Assembly: GCA_963744145.1 (NCBI GenBank)
Contig: CAVUSO010000001.1
Span: 5,920,001 to 5,984,000 of the forward strand
Length of the DNA stretch: 64,000 nt
Reading direction: 5' to 3'
From: an uncultured cyanobacterium
GTDB lineage: Bacteria > Cyanobacteriota > Cyanobacteriia > Cyanobacteriales > CAWUOF01
In this document: in pieces, positions 43,580 to 54,464 of the stretch
Layout of the letters: each line of letters starts with the position of its first letter
Position numbering within the stretch: the stretch's first letter is position 1
Translations under genes and position numbers: made by a program
Notes under the pieces: model-generated
Seen by the model: the letters and a program-made list of their open reading frames with translations, nothing else
What the model was told of the DNA's origin: nothing
Database searches by the model: none

Positions 43580-45808
43580 TCAACCGAACTTACCAGAAGT
43601 TGAAGCAATGAGGAATGCGGCGTAGGTGAGGATATAGCCAACACTAAAGTGGACTAAACCAACCAAACGAGCTTGAACGATGGAGAGAGCAACGGGCTTA
43701 TCTTTCCAACGAACTAGGTTCGCTAGAGGAGTGCGCTCATGTGCCCAGACCAGGGTTTCAATTAACTCTTGCCAGTAACCGCGCCAAGAGATCAGGAACA
43801 TGAAACCAGTCGCCCAAACTAGGTGTCCAAAGAGGAACATCCAAGCCCAGACGGACAGATTGCTAGTACCAAATGGGTTGTAACCATTAATCAATTGGGA
43901 GGAATACAGCCAGAGATAATCCCTGAGCCAACCCATAATGTAGGTAGAAGATTCATTGAACTGAGCTACATTACCTTCCCAAACTCCCAGATGCTTCCAG
44001 TGCCAGTAGAAAGTTACCCAAGCAATGGTATTGAGCATCCAGAAAGTAGAAAGATAGAAAGAGTCCCAACCCGAGATATCGCAGGTGCCACCCCGGCCAG
44101 GGCCATCACAAGGGAAAGCATAGCCGAAGTCCTTTTTATCGGGCATCAGCTTCGATCCACGAGCATCCAACGCACCTTTGACCAAAATCAAAGTGGTGGT
44201 ATGCAAACCAAGAGCGATCGCATGGTGAATCAGGAAATCACCAGGACCGATGGTCAAGAACAGAGAATTAGTGCCAGAGTTAATGGCAGCTAACCAATTA
44301 GGTAACCAAACGTCACCGTGGTTTGGCCAAGCGGTGCTAGCAATACTATCTGGATTAGACAGTAGTACATCCATCGCATAGACCGCTTTACCATGGGCAG
44401 CTTGAATGAACTGAGCAAATACTGGTTCAATCAAGATTTGCTTTTCTGGAGTACCAAAAGCGACTACTACATCGTTATGGACATACAAGCCCAGGGTATG
44501 GAAGCCCAGGAACAAGGAGACCCAAGACAAATGGGAAATGATCGCTTCTTTGTGATCCAGCATCCGGGCCAATACATTACCTTTGTTGGTTTCAGGATCA
44601 TAATCCCGTACAAAGAAGATGGCACCGTGAGCAAAAGCACCAATCATCAAGAATCCAGCAATGTACTGGTGATGGGTGTACAAAGCGGCTTGAGTGGTGA
44701 AATCCTTCGCAATAAATGCGTAGGATGGCAAAGAATAGGAGTGCTGAGCTACTAGAGAGGTAATTACCCCTAAAGCTGCCAGGGCTAGACCTAACTGAAA
44801 GTGCAGCGAGTTGTTAACAGTTTCGTACAGACCTTGGTGAGGCAGATTAAACGGCCCTTCAGTCTTCGCCCCAAACAGACGATCTTTAGAGTCCATCATT
44901 TGCTTGATGCTATGGCCAATTCCCCAGTTCGTCCGGTACATATGGCCAGCAATGATGAACAGCACAGCAATGGCTAAATGGTGATGAGCCATGTCTGTGA
45001 GCCACAAAGACTCAGTTTGAGGGTGGAAGCCACCTAAAAAGGTAAGGATTGCAGTTCCTGCCCCTTGAGAAGTCCCAAAAACGTGACTGGCTGTATCAGG
45101 GCTTTGGGCATAAACACCCCAGTTTCCGGTAAAGAAGGGAGCCAATCCCGCTGGGTGAGGCAGAGTAGACAGGAAGTTATCCCAACCCACATGCTGTCCG
45201 CGAGATTCGGGGATAGCAACGTGGATCAAATGACCAGCCCAAGCCAAGGAAGATACCCCGAACAGAGCAGCGAGGTGGTGGTTCAGGCGAGACTCGGCAT
45301 TTTTGAACCAAGCCAAACTGGGCCGATATTTAGGTTGTAGGTGCAACCAGCCAGCGAACAGAGCAACAGCAGCCAGGATCAATAGGAACACAGCCCCTTG
45401 ATACAGGTCATTATTGGTCCGCATCCCGATCGTGTACCACCAGTGGTAGACACCGGAATAGGAGATGTCAACTGGGTAAGAGGCACCAGCTTGTGTAAAA
45501 GCATCAATGGCTGGTTGGCCAAATTGAGGGTCCCAAATCGCGTGGGCGATCGGACGGATATTCAGGGGATCTTTAATCCACTGCTCAAAGTTTCCTTGCC
45601 AGGCTACATGGAACAGGTTGCCGGATGTCCACAAGAAGATAATTGCTAAATGGCCGAAATGCGAGGCAAAAATCTTTTGGTAAAGATTTTCCTCGGTCAT
45701 GCCATCGTGGCTTTCAAAATCATGGGCCGTGGCAATCCCGTACCAGATCCGACGGGTTGTCGGGTCTTGAGCCAAGTCCTGGCTAAACTTGGGGAATTTA
45801 GTTGCCAT
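43580..45808 (-). CDS. psaB: Photosystem I P700 apoprotein A2
   Basis: [34 protein letters not shown]. Confidence 0.99.
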   Translation of the reverse strand: MATKFPKFSQDLAQDPTTRRIWYGIATAHDFESHDGMTEENLYQKIFASHFGHLAIIFLWTSGNLFHVAWQGNFEQWIKDPLNIRPIAHAIWDPQFGQPAIDAFTQAGASYPVDISYSGVYHWWYTIGMRTNNDLYQGAVFLLILAAVALFAGWLHLQPKYRPSLAWFKNAESRLNHHLAALFGVSSLAWAGHLIHVAIPESRGQHVGWDNFLSTLPHPAGLAPFFTGNWGVYAQSPDTASHVFGTSQGAGTAILTFLGGFHPQTESLWLTDMAHHHLAIAVLFIIAGHMYRTNWGIGHSIKQMMDSKDRLFGAKTEGPFNLPHQGLYETVNNSLHFQLGLALAALGVITSLVAQHSYSLPSYAFIAKDFTTQAALYTHHQYIAGFLMIGAFAHGAIFFVRDYDPETNKGNVLARMLDHKEAIISHLSWVSLFLGFHTLGLYVHNDVVVAFGTPEKQILIEPVFAQFIQAAHGKAVYAMDVLLSNPDSIASTAWPNHGDVWLPNWLAAINSGTNSLFLTIGPGDFLIHHAIALGLHTTTLILVKGALDARGSKLMPDKKDFGYAFPCDGPGRGGTCDISGWDSFYLSTFWMLNTIAWVTFYWHWKHLGVWEGNVAQFNESSTYIMGWLRDYLWLYSSQLINGYNPFGTSNLSVWAWMFLFGHLVWATGFMFLISWRGYWQELIETLVWAHERTPLANLVRWKDKPVALSIVQARLVGLVHFSVGYILTYAAFLIASTSGKFG

Positions 45809-45814
45809 AAATCC

Positions 45815-46160
45815 TAACTAGATCCTCCACTTGCTGTGCAAGGGCTATTTCCGATGACGCGATCGCGCCACACTTAGCTACCGGAAAAGCTCCACCAACG
45901 CCTTAATTTTATTACCTGCGCTGAGAAACCCCTCGCTGAGGCAGGAGGGTGTCCCCTCCACCAAAGTTTGGTTAATGCCGATTTTTTCTTGCTGATTTAG
46001 CCAGGAAATCGACAAAACCTGTGAAGATCTCTCCGGTTCCTCCCTGCCAACATGTCCCTTCTTCAGGCACCCACCGATCATGGGTTTGTAGATTTTCCGG
46101 GCTGGAGAAACACCCTTAACTACGTAGCAGACAGGGAAATTGTGACTGAGCGATCGCTTA
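45815..46160 (-). ncRNA. Structured RNA, probably an ORF-less omegaRNA/HEARO-like (IsrB-type) element
   Basis: Nested stems plus a TTTCTCC/GGAGAGA pseudoknot; motif order resembles OMEGA scaffolds as I recall them. Confidence 0.55.
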
Positions 46161-46167
46161 GTTTAGC

Positions 46168-48474
46168 TTAACCTACTGAAATGATTCTGGCTAAGAAGAA
46201 CGCCCATGTGGTGACGATTCCACCTAACAGATAGTGTGCTACACCAACTGCCCGACCTTGAACAATACTCAAAGCACGAGGCTGAATTGCTGGAGCAACT
46301 TTCAATTTGTTGTGAGCCCAAACGATCGACTCAATTAGTTCTTGCCAGTAGCCACGACCACTGAACAGGAACATCAAGCTAAATGCCCAAATAAAGTGAG
46401 CGCCCAAGAACAATAACCCATAAGCAGACAGAGCTGACCCATAGGATTGAATTACTTGGGATGCTTGCGCCCAGAGGAAGTCCCGCAACCAGCCGTTGAT
46501 GGTGAGGGCACTGGTCGCAAAGTTACCTCCAGCGATGTGAGATACTACTCCATCGGCATCTACTGTGCCCCATACATCTGACTGCATTTTCCAACTAAAG
46601 TGGAAAATTACGACAGATATAGAGTTATACATCCAGAATAAGCCCAAGAATACATGGTCCCATCCAGAAACTTGACAGGTGCCACCCCGACCGGGGCCAT
46701 CACAGGGGAAGCGGAAGCCTAAATTCGCCTTATCGGGAATTAGACGAGAACTGCGGGCGAAGAGAACGCCTTTGAGCAGAATTAGAACAGTGACATGAAT
46801 CGTGAACGCATGGATATGGTGGACCATAAAGTCCGCTGTTCCCAAGGCGATCGGCATCATGGCCACTTTGCCACCTACTGCTACCAACCCACCACCAAAA
46901 GCATAGCTAGCGGGTTCGAGCGCATGGGGGGCAGTGCTGCCAGGGGCTAAAGCATGAAGGTGTTGGACCCACTGAGCAAAAACTGGCTGAAGCTGGATGC
47001 CTGTATCGGAGAACAAGTCTTGAGGACGACCAAAAGCCCGCATGGTGTCGTTATGAACGTACAAACCAAAGCTATGGAAGCCTAAGAACATGCACACCCA
47101 GTTAAGGTGAGAGATGATTGCATCTCGGTGACGCAGCACCCGATCCAACAGGTTATTTTGATTTACGACTGGATCGTAGTCGCGCACCATAAAGATTGCG
47201 CCGTGAGCTGCACCGCCCACGATACAGAAGCCACCAATCCACATATGATGGGTGAAGATGGACAACTGGGTCGGATAATCTGTGGCGATGTAAGGATACG
47301 GAGGCATCGAATACATGTGGTGCGCCACGATGATGCTCAAAGATCCCAGCATCGCTAAGTTAATGGCGAGTTGGGCGTGCCAAGAAGTGGTCAGGACTTC
47401 GTAGAGACCTTTATGACCTTCACCGGTTAATGGTCCACTGTGAGCATCGAGGAGTTCCTTCATGCTGTGACCGATGCCCCAGTTAGTCCGGTACATATGT
47501 CCAGCAATGATGAACAATACAGCCAAGGCCAAGTGGTGATGAGCTGTATCCGATAGCCACAATCCCCCAGTTACTGGATTTAAACCACCTTTAAAGGTCA
47601 GGAAGTCTGAATAAACTCCCCAGTTACCTGTAAAAAATGGAATTACCCCAGAAAAATAACCCCAGTCTACCTTGGGATACAAGTCAGACATCAGGCTTGG
47701 GTTGAGAATAAACTCATGGGGTAATGGAATATCAGCAATGGTGTTGATTACTTTTCCGCCGATGGTTAAAGGCTTACCAGCATCAATCGCATCTAAAGCT
47801 GCGTTGATTGGTAGGGAAACGTGAATCTGTTGTCCTGCATAACCTAAGCAGCCCAGACCCAGCAATCCTGCTAGGTGGTGGTTCATCATTGACTCCACAT
47901 TCTGGAACCATTCCAGTTTGGGAGCCTGTTTATGATAATGGAACCAGCCAGCGAATAGCATTAAAGCTGCCATCACTAGAGCGCCGATCGCGGTGCAATA
48001 CAACTGAAACTCATTGGTGATGCCATTAGCCCGCCAAATCTGGAATAGTCCAGAAGTGATCTGAATCCCGTGGAAGCCACCGCCCACATCGGCATTCAGA
48101 ATTTCTTGCCCCACAACTGGCCAAACGACTTGAGCGCTAGGCTTAATATGGGTGGGATCGCTCAACCAAGAAGCATAGTTTGAGAACTTAGCACCGTGGA
48201 AATATGCGCCACTCAACCAGACAAAAATGACTGCCAAATGACCGAAGTGAGCGCTGAAAATCTTGCGCGATACATCTTCTAGGTCGCTGGTATGACTATC
48301 GAAATCATGAGCGTCCGCGTGGAGGCTCCAAATCCAAGTGGTGGTTTTGGGTCCTTTGGCTAGGGTGCGGTCAAAGTGCCCGGGTTTTGACCACTTCTCA
48401 AAGGAAGTGGGAACTGGGTCTTTATCGACTACAACCCTAACCTTTGCCTCTCGCTCTGGAGGACTAATGGTCAT
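46168..48474 (-). CDS. psaA: Photosystem I P700 apoprotein A1
   Basis: [29 protein letters not shown]. Confidence 0.99.
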   Translation of the reverse strand: MTISPPEREAKVRVVVDKDPVPTSFEKWSKPGHFDRTLAKGPKTTTWIWSLHADAHDFDSHTSDLEDVSRKIFSAHFGHLAVIFVWLSGAYFHGAKFSNYASWLSDPTHIKPSAQVVWPVVGQEILNADVGGGFHGIQITSGLFQIWRANGITNEFQLYCTAIGALVMAALMLFAGWFHYHKQAPKLEWFQNVESMMNHHLAGLLGLGCLGYAGQQIHVSLPINAALDAIDAGKPLTIGGKVINTIADIPLPHEFILNPSLMSDLYPKVDWGYFSGVIPFFTGNWGVYSDFLTFKGGLNPVTGGLWLSDTAHHHLALAVLFIIAGHMYRTNWGIGHSMKELLDAHSGPLTGEGHKGLYEVLTTSWHAQLAINLAMLGSLSIIVAHHMYSMPPYPYIATDYPTQLSIFTHHMWIGGFCIVGGAAHGAIFMVRDYDPVVNQNNLLDRVLRHRDAIISHLNWVCMFLGFHSFGLYVHNDTMRAFGRPQDLFSDTGIQLQPVFAQWVQHLHALAPGSTAPHALEPASYAFGGGLVAVGGKVAMMPIALGTADFMVHHIHAFTIHVTVLILLKGVLFARSSRLIPDKANLGFRFPCDGPGRGGTCQVSGWDHVFLGLFWMYNSISVVIFHFSWKMQSDVWGTVDADGVVSHIAGGNFATSALTINGWLRDFLWAQASQVIQSYGSALSAYGLLFLGAHFIWAFSLMFLFSGRGYWQELIESIVWAHNKLKVAPAIQPRALSIVQGRAVGVAHYLLGGIVTTWAFFLARIISVG

Positions 48475-48718
48475 GAAGACTCTCCCCTCTCCTTAAGACA
48501 AGAAACCAAACATGCCTCATCCGAGATTTATTTTCGTGAGGCGGAAAGTGGTACTGGATTGCCCTCTTTCCATCAGGCCCGTTTTTTAGTGCCGATAATG
48601 CCGAAACGGAGCCATAAACACTCGATCAACTCTCTCTTGATCTAGATCAGGTAAAAAGATTTCCTGATCTAAAATCTAGACCCTCAGCTTAGAAAAACTG
48701 TGTCTTGAGAGTTCTCTT
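48475..48718 (-). promoter_or_regulatory. Long structured psaA 5' leader (candidate psaA RNA motif); -10 TATAAT at 48730-48725
   Basis: Several hairpins, e.g. TAGATCAGG..CCTGATCTA and GCCTCA..TGAGGC. Confidence 0.55.
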
Positions 48719-48849
48719 TGGAGAATTATAAACTTGCTGATCGATTATGGGAATTTAGTTAACAAAACTTCAAGGTGATTCAATTACTATTAAAACCTAG
48801 CTTGGAGGTTCATAATTTCTGATAAAAGTCAAGAGTTATGGCAATTAAC

Positions 48850-48867
48850 TTTACAATACTAAACAAT
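48850..48867. promoter_or_regulatory. HLR1-like (RpaB) direct repeat upstream of psaA
   Basis: TTTACAAT-AC-TAAACAAT matches the HLR1 octamer-N2-octamer pattern. Confidence 0.55.
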
Positions 48868-48982
48868 AAACCAGGGTGAGAGAATTTGAGGAAAAGTAAT
48901 TAAGACTTTTGGGCGATCGTGTCATAGTAGCGAGATTGTCCCTAAAAATAAATATCAGTAGTTAACTTAGGAGTGTTGCTGA

Positions 48983-50986
48983 GTGTTTACTAAAAATTAT
49001 CTTCAGTCTGCGACTCGATTGCTAATTAGTGCCCTAGTGACAATCGGTTTAATGATTAGCTTGGCCAGTTGCAGCGATCGCCTTGTGGTCAACTCCGATT
49101 CCCCGATCTCCAATGTTGCACCATCTCAACCAATTGAAAAAATTTCGGAAGTATCCCCTCCGGAGGTAATTCAAGAGTTGAGTTCAGTTTTAGAATCCTA
49201 TCAACCGCAAGTAAAAATCATTAATCCGCAGCCAGACCAAATTATCGAAGACACTAATATTGTGGTGCGCTTAGATGTAAAGGATCTACCACTGTTTAAA
49301 GATCCCAACTTAGGCTTAGGCCCCCATTTGCACGTTATCCTTGATCAAGAACCAGAACAAAAGGTTTACGATCTCAACGAACCCTTAACCTTTAATGATT
49401 TATCTCCAGGAACCCACACCTTGCGAGTTTTTGCAGTTCGTCCTTGGGATGAAAGCTTTAAAAACGAGGGTGCTTATGCCCAAACAACTTTTCATATTTT
49501 TACGAAAACTAGCGACCACAATCCCGATCCTGCCTTACCACTTTTGACATATAACCAGCCAGCAGGTAAGTATGGAGCCGAACCCATTCTACTCGATTTT
49601 TATCTGACCAATGCCCCACTTCATTTAGTAGCCCAACAGAATTCCGATGATCAGATTGCTGATTGGCGCATTCGTGTAACGATTAATGACAAAACTTTTT
49701 TTCTCGATCGTTGGGAGCCTATATATCTAAAAGGCTTTAAACCTGGAAGCAATTGGATACATTTAGAATTTCTCGACGAAAAGGGAACTTCGATCAAAAA
49801 CATTTTTAACGATACCGTCAAACTGATTACTTACGAACCCGATGAAAAAGGACCTTTGTCTCGAATATTTCAAGGTGAGATTTCTGCGGCTGATGCTCGT
49901 GGTATCGTAGATCCTAATTATACTTCCAAAATACCCGCTTCTAGTCCAACTATTACACCAACCCCTGCGGAATTGACTCCAACGGTAGAAGAACCAACCC
50001 CGGTTGAGTCAACTCCAACGGTAGAAGAATCAACCCCGACTTCAACAGGAGAAGAACCAACCCCAGTTGAGTCAACCCCGACTTCAACAGGAGAAGAACC
50101 AACCCCAGTTGAGTCAACTCCAACCTCAACAGGAGAAGAACTAACTCCAACTCCAACAGGAGAAGAACCAACCCCGGTTGAGTCAACTCCAACTTCAACA
50201 GGAGAAGAACTAACTCCAACTCCAACGGTAGAAGAACCAACGACCGTTGAATCAACTCCAACGGTAGAAGAACCAACCCCAGTTGAATCAACTCCAACGG
50301 TAGAAGAATCAACCCCAGTTGAATCAACTCCAACGATAGAAGTAGAAGAACCAACGACCGTTGAGTCAACTCCAACAGGAGAAGAACCAACCCCGGTTGA
50401 ATTAACTCCAACAGTGGAAGAACCAACCCCAGTTGAATTAACTCCAACAGTGGAAGAACCAACCCCAGTTGAATCAACCTCGACTCCAACAGTGGAAGAA
50501 CCAACCCCAGTTGAATCAACCTCGACTCCAACAGTGGAAGAACCAACCCCAGTTGAATCAACCTCGACTCCAACAGTGGAAGAACCAACCCCAGTTGAAT
50601 CAACCTCGACTCCAACAGTGGAAGAACCAACCCCGGTTGAATTAACCTCGACTCCAACGGTAGAAGAAATAACCTCGACTCCAACAGTGGAAGAACCAAC
50701 TCCGGTTGAATCAACCTCGACTCCAACGGTAGAAGAACCAACGACCGTCGAATCCTTATCTCAACCACAAGCTCAGAAAGCTGAAAAAAACAAGTTTGGT
50801 CAATTATTTAGTTGGTTTCAAGATAGATTTAGTGGTCAATTGAAACCTTTCTCTACATCATCACCAAAATTACAGGAAGTCACAAAAGAAACTGTACCTT
50901 CCTCAGTAGTTCCAGCATTAGATTCTTCTCAGAATAATGAAGAAGCAACACCTACAATCTCCAAGGAAGTAGAAAGCGCTCCTTAA
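48983..50986 (+). CDS. Lipoprotein with conserved N-terminal domains and a long Pro/Thr/Glu repeat stalk
   Basis: LASC lipobox, GPHLHVILD, PGTHTLR; EEPTPVESTPT repeats. Confidence 0.85.
   Translation: MFTKNYLQSATRLLISALVTIGLMISLASCSDRLVVNSDSPISNVAPSQPIEKISEVSPPEVIQELSSVLESYQPQVKIINPQPDQIIEDTNIVVRLDVKDLPLFKDPNLGLGPHLHVILDQEPEQKVYDLNEPLTFNDLSPGTHTLRVFAVRPWDESFKNEGAYAQTTFHIFTKTSDHNPDPALPLLTYNQPAGKYGAEPILLDFYLTNAPLHLVAQQNSDDQIADWRIRVTINDKTFFLDRWEPIYLKGFKPGSNWIHLEFLDEKGTSIKNIFNDTVKLITYEPDEKGPLSRIFQGEISAADARGIVDPNYTSKIPASSPTITPTPAELTPTVEEPTPVESTPTVEESTPTSTGEEPTPVESTPTSTGEEPTPVESTPTSTGEELTPTPTGEEPTPVESTPTSTGEELTPTPTVEEPTTVESTPTVEEPTPVESTPTVEESTPVESTPTIEVEEPTTVESTPTGEEPTPVELTPTVEEPTPVELTPTVEEPTPVESTSTPTVEEPTPVESTSTPTVEEPTPVESTSTPTVEEPTPVESTSTPTVEEPTPVELTSTPTVEEITSTPTVEEPTPVESTSTPTVEEPTTVESLSQPQAQKAEKNKFGQLFSWFQDRFSGQLKPFSTSSPKLQEVTKETVPSSVVPALDSSQNNEEATPTISKEVESAP
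49965..50752 (+). repeat. Intragenic tandem repeat of mostly 36-42 bp units
   Basis: About 20 copies of GAAGAACCAACCCCAGTTGAATCAAC..CCAAC variants. Confidence 0.95.
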
Positions 50987-51000
50987 TTTTCACCATGTTA

Positions 51001-51030
51001 TTAACCCATCCCTTTAAAGGGATGGGTTAA
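51001..51030. terminator. Palindromic hairpin
   Basis: TTAACCCATCCCTTT-AAAGGGATGGGTTAA. Confidence 0.7.
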
Positions 51031-51205
51031 AGCCACTAAAGATTATTTTAACTATGCTTTTAGTTCCCAAAAAACTAAGATTGGTAATTGAAACTCTGTA
51101 ATATAGTGCAGGTACAAAAAATCAATATTCCATCTGGGTCAGAAAACATTTGTTAAATTTTGCGATCGCCAGAGATTAAGTGAGTCAGTCATAAATAAAA
51201 TAATC

Positions 51206-52666
51206 ATGTTAACTGAACGAGAGTTGTTTATGCAGATAGATATTAATCAAGTTGTGGAAATTGATCCTCTTAATGACAAGACGTATGAGCCGCTACTGAA
51301 CAATTTACAAGGAAATATCCTCAAAGGTCATGGTCGAGACCACAGTATTCAATTGTTTCTGAGATTTACTAATATCCCCAATGCTAAAAAATGGTTGGGT
51401 GAATTTAGCAAAAAATACGTTACCTCAGCTCTACAACAAGCTCAAGAATCCCAGGATTATCGAGATTCTCAAAAACAGCACCAGGGCACAATTTTTGCCA
51501 ATGTCTTTTTAACCATATCTGGTTATAAGTACCTAGAGTTTGTCAAACAAGGGGAAGAAGAGTTCTCCTTTAAGGATAAATTTTTTGCTCACGGAATGAA
51601 AGATCCCCAAAATCTACAGGAGTTGGCTGATCCACCGATTCAGCAATGGGAACATGGCTTCCAAGACACTATTCACGCTATGATTCTGCTGGCTGATGAC
51701 AACTTGGGAAAATTGCTTCAGATTATGATCAAGGAATTCCATCAATTCATAACTCTTGCTCAGGTTGTCCATGTTGACTATGGCTTTGTCCTTCGCAATA
51801 GTGACAAGAAGGTAATTGAACATTTTGGTTTTCGGGATGGGGTTAGTCAGCCATTGTTCTACAAAAGAGATATTGAAAAAGAGAGAAAATATAATCCCAT
51901 CAATTTTACCAATTGGAACCCTCGTGCGCCCTTAAGTCTGGTGCTACTGAAAGACCCCTTTGGTACAACACCTGAAAGTTATGGCAGCTACCTGGTTTAT
52001 CGCAAACTTGAGCAAAATGTAAAAGGTTGGAATAAAGACGTAGAAGAGTTAGCCAAGACATTGAATATTAAACCCGATCTCGCAGGTGCTTATGTAATGG
52101 GACGCTTTCAAGATGGCACACCGGTTGTGTTAAGCAACGAGCAACTACAAAGTCCAGAAGCCGCTATTGATAACTTTAATTTTCAAGAGGATACGCAGGG
52201 AGCGAAATGTCCATTTCATGCCCACATTCGCAAAACAAATCCTCGGGGAGATACTGGTAACCTATTATCAGAGAAAGTACCTCTAGAACAAGAGAAAATG
52301 AAGCGAATAGTCCGTCGTGGTGTTAGCTATGGCGAACATGATTTGACAAAACCCCTAGAAACTGATTCTGGATTGTTATTTATGTGCTTTCAAGCTGACA
52401 TTAACAATCAATTTGCCTTAATGCAGAGAGACTGGTCTAATTCCCGTGACTTTATTAAACAGGGCACAGGGAGTGATCCAGTCATTGGTCAGATTCCACT
52501 CCAAAAAACAAATACTCCGCCCAAAGAACCCTATGAGTGGCCAGCTACCTGGGGAAAAACTGAAGAACGCATTAAAGCAGATTTTTCTCATTGGGTAAAC
52601 TTCAAAGGTGGCGAGTATTTCTTTGCGCCTAGTATGAGTTTCCTGATATCTCTCATATCCAACTAG
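51206..52666 (+). CDS. Dye-decolorizing (DyP-type) peroxidase
   Basis: EHFGFRDGVSQP, CPFHAHIRKTNPR, IVRRG, GGEYFFAPS. Confidence 0.93.
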   Translation: MLTERELFMQIDINQVVEIDPLNDKTYEPLLNNLQGNILKGHGRDHSIQLFLRFTNIPNAKKWLGEFSKKYVTSALQQAQESQDYRDSQKQHQGTIFANVFLTISGYKYLEFVKQGEEEFSFKDKFFAHGMKDPQNLQELADPPIQQWEHGFQDTIHAMILLADDNLGKLLQIMIKEFHQFITLAQVVHVDYGFVLRNSDKKVIEHFGFRDGVSQPLFYKRDIEKERKYNPINFTNWNPRAPLSLVLLKDPFGTTPESYGSYLVYRKLEQNVKGWNKDVEELAKTLNIKPDLAGAYVMGRFQDGTPVVLSNEQLQSPEAAIDNFNFQEDTQGAKCPFHAHIRKTNPRGDTGNLLSEKVPLEQEKMKRIVRRGVSYGEHDLTKPLETDSGLLFMCFQADINNQFALMQRDWSNSRDFIKQGTGSDPVIGQIPLQKTNTPPKEPYEWPATWGKTEERIKADFSHWVNFKGGEYFFAPSMSFLISLISN

Positions 52667-52822
52667 ATTTGCTTTGAAGTTTTCTACCTCTTCGCCCTGA
52701 CTAAGAGAAGAGGTAGTCCCTCATTGATACAGGTGATGATAAAAATAAACTGGCCAGATGCTCTAAAAAACCTAATGTTGCAGAAAGTAAAAGTTAAAAA
52801 ATCTTTGCTGCTAGCTGTTTTT

Positions 52823-53968
52823 TTAAAACCCAGAAGACATATTAGGTTCGCTAGCAAAAGCTAGCCAAAGAGGAAACTGCAACAGGGAAAGATTAATTTG
52901 ATTTTCAGTTTCATCAATCACAATCAATGGTAATTGTCCATCTTTAATCAAACGATCGGCTTTTTGGGCTAGAGCTTCCGGTGCTTCAAAGAGAACAACA
53001 CCTCCTTCCGGACCAAAATCAGCGCGAGCAATTCCCAAACAATCTTGCAATCCTCGACGCCATTCCCCTAGACGTTCAGGACTATTTGCTAAAACTAAAG
53101 TACGCTGGCGATCGCCATAGAGATTTCTTAATACAGAAATAACCGCAGAAGTAATCAGAATATTTTGCAAACGACTACCCATAGTTCGTAATGCTCCTCG
53201 ACCACCTTGGGTAAAGAACCAGTTAGAAACTTTTTCAGCATGACTGGGCTCAAAGGTGCGACGTAGTTGCCAAGGGGGACCGTAATAATCAGGCAAAGTT
53301 CGATATTGATCTAAAATTTTGCGAATTTGTTTGACTTGTTCGTGAAACCCCTGTTCTGCAAACTTCGGAGTTGGTAAGGGAGATGATGGGGAACGACTAG
53401 TTTTTTCTTCATTTTGAGGAATCTGTTTCTCAGTTTCGGGTTTAGCCGGAATTAATTCAAGTTGCTCTGCTGCATTAGCTAAATCCTGTAAACTCCCGAC
53501 CAGATAATCTTTAAATCCTTGGACTCGAATTGCTAAATCTTGAGAAACTCCAGCAAAAGAGGTCCGCATTTCTTTACGGATGCGTTCTTGACGACGTTCA
53601 AGTTGTTCGACCGAAATTAGTAGTGTTTGTCTACGTTGCTCTAACTCACTCAATCCTTCTTGAATCAATCGTCCCATTGCCGTTTGAGTTCTGGCCATCT
53701 GTTCTTGCAAAATAGTAGCAGTAGTTTGGAGCCTAGCTATTTCTTCTTTGAGAGTTTGTTCTTGTTGCTGTAATTTGACAACCCGTGATTCTAGCTCAGT
53801 CGTTTGGTGGTCAATCACTGCGGGAGCTGATTTTACTTCGGTTGGGGGTGATTCTAACTCAATGGGAGTCTGAGCAATTACTGATTCTGATGTCTCTTCG
53901 CTTTTTTCCGAAGAATCTGAGACTGTTGCAGAATCTGGGGTGGGAGATTCATCTGAGTTCATAGTCAA
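52823..53968 (-). CDS. DUF3086-like coiled-coil protein
   Basis: RVQGFKDYLVGSLQDL, ERLGEWRRGLQDCLG; synteny with the next two genes. Confidence 0.8.
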   Translation of the reverse strand: MTMNSDESPTPDSATVSDSSEKSEETSESVIAQTPIELESPPTEVKSAPAVIDHQTTELESRVVKLQQQEQTLKEEIARLQTTATILQEQMARTQTAMGRLIQEGLSELEQRRQTLLISVEQLERRQERIRKEMRTSFAGVSQDLAIRVQGFKDYLVGSLQDLANAAEQLELIPAKPETEKQIPQNEEKTSRSPSSPLPTPKFAEQGFHEQVKQIRKILDQYRTLPDYYGPPWQLRRTFEPSHAEKVSNWFFTQGGRGALRTMGSRLQNILITSAVISVLRNLYGDRQRTLVLANSPERLGEWRRGLQDCLGIARADFGPEGGVVLFEAPEALAQKADRLIKDGQLPLIVIDETENQINLSLLQFPLWLAFASEPNMSSGF

Positions 53969-54005
53969 ATTGTGGAAATCCTGAGATGGGGAGAGAAGGG
54001 ATTGG

Positions 54006-54398
54006 TTAATTAATCCTGGGACAGCGTTGTTCTAGACAGCTTTGTAGTGTTTTCGGATCGAATAGCATGGGCACAAAATGAATGCTCTTTACTTCTTTAA
54101 AGTAGAACAAGATGGGCACAGGATGCCAGAAAATTCGCCAATTTTGCCATTCTTGATAGGGAAAGCGCCGAATTAAGTTGTCAGAACGATAGATATCTAA
54201 GTCCGTTGGTGTGAATTTTAAGCGAATGGTGATGGTTTGGAAGAGTAGGAATAAGCCAAATATCGCGATCGCAAAACTTAACCAGGGTTGCCAAAATAAT
54301 AGTGGAATTGCCGCTCCTACCAAGGCAATGGGTAGGATATAGCTAGGAGAGAGTTCAATTGTCTGTGTTGATGAAAAAGAAGATGTAGTAGTGGTCAC
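54006..54398 (-). CDS. DUF3119-like membrane protein
   Basis: RFPYQEWQNW, YFKEVKSIHF. Confidence 0.8.
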   Translation of the reverse strand: MTTTTSSFSSTQTIELSPSYILPIALVGAAIPLLFWQPWLSFAIAIFGLFLLFQTITIRLKFTPTDLDIYRSDNLIRRFPYQEWQNWRIFWHPVPILFYFKEVKSIHFVPMLFDPKTLQSCLEQRCPRIN

Positions 54399-54464
54399 AA
54401 ATTTTGATCTCCTTGAGGCCCGAAAGTTAAGTTAATATCTTCTATATTTTAAAGGCTCAAGCCA

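Noticed and set aside
43823..45649. Short plus-strand ORFs over psaB, and similar ones over ftsZ, the kinases and mlaE
   Set aside because: Antisense or alternate-frame shadows of conserved genes
45878..46081. 67-aa ORF between psaA and psaB
   Set aside because: No RBS or recognisable motif; it overlaps extensive RNA stems
43580..48474. Far-red (FaRLiP) photosystem I cluster
   Set aside because: No neighbouring psaL/I/F/J paralogues, rfpABC or apc genes in the window
49953..50768. 271-aa Leu-rich minus-strand ORF
   Set aside because: Antisense shadow of the EEPTPVEST repeat
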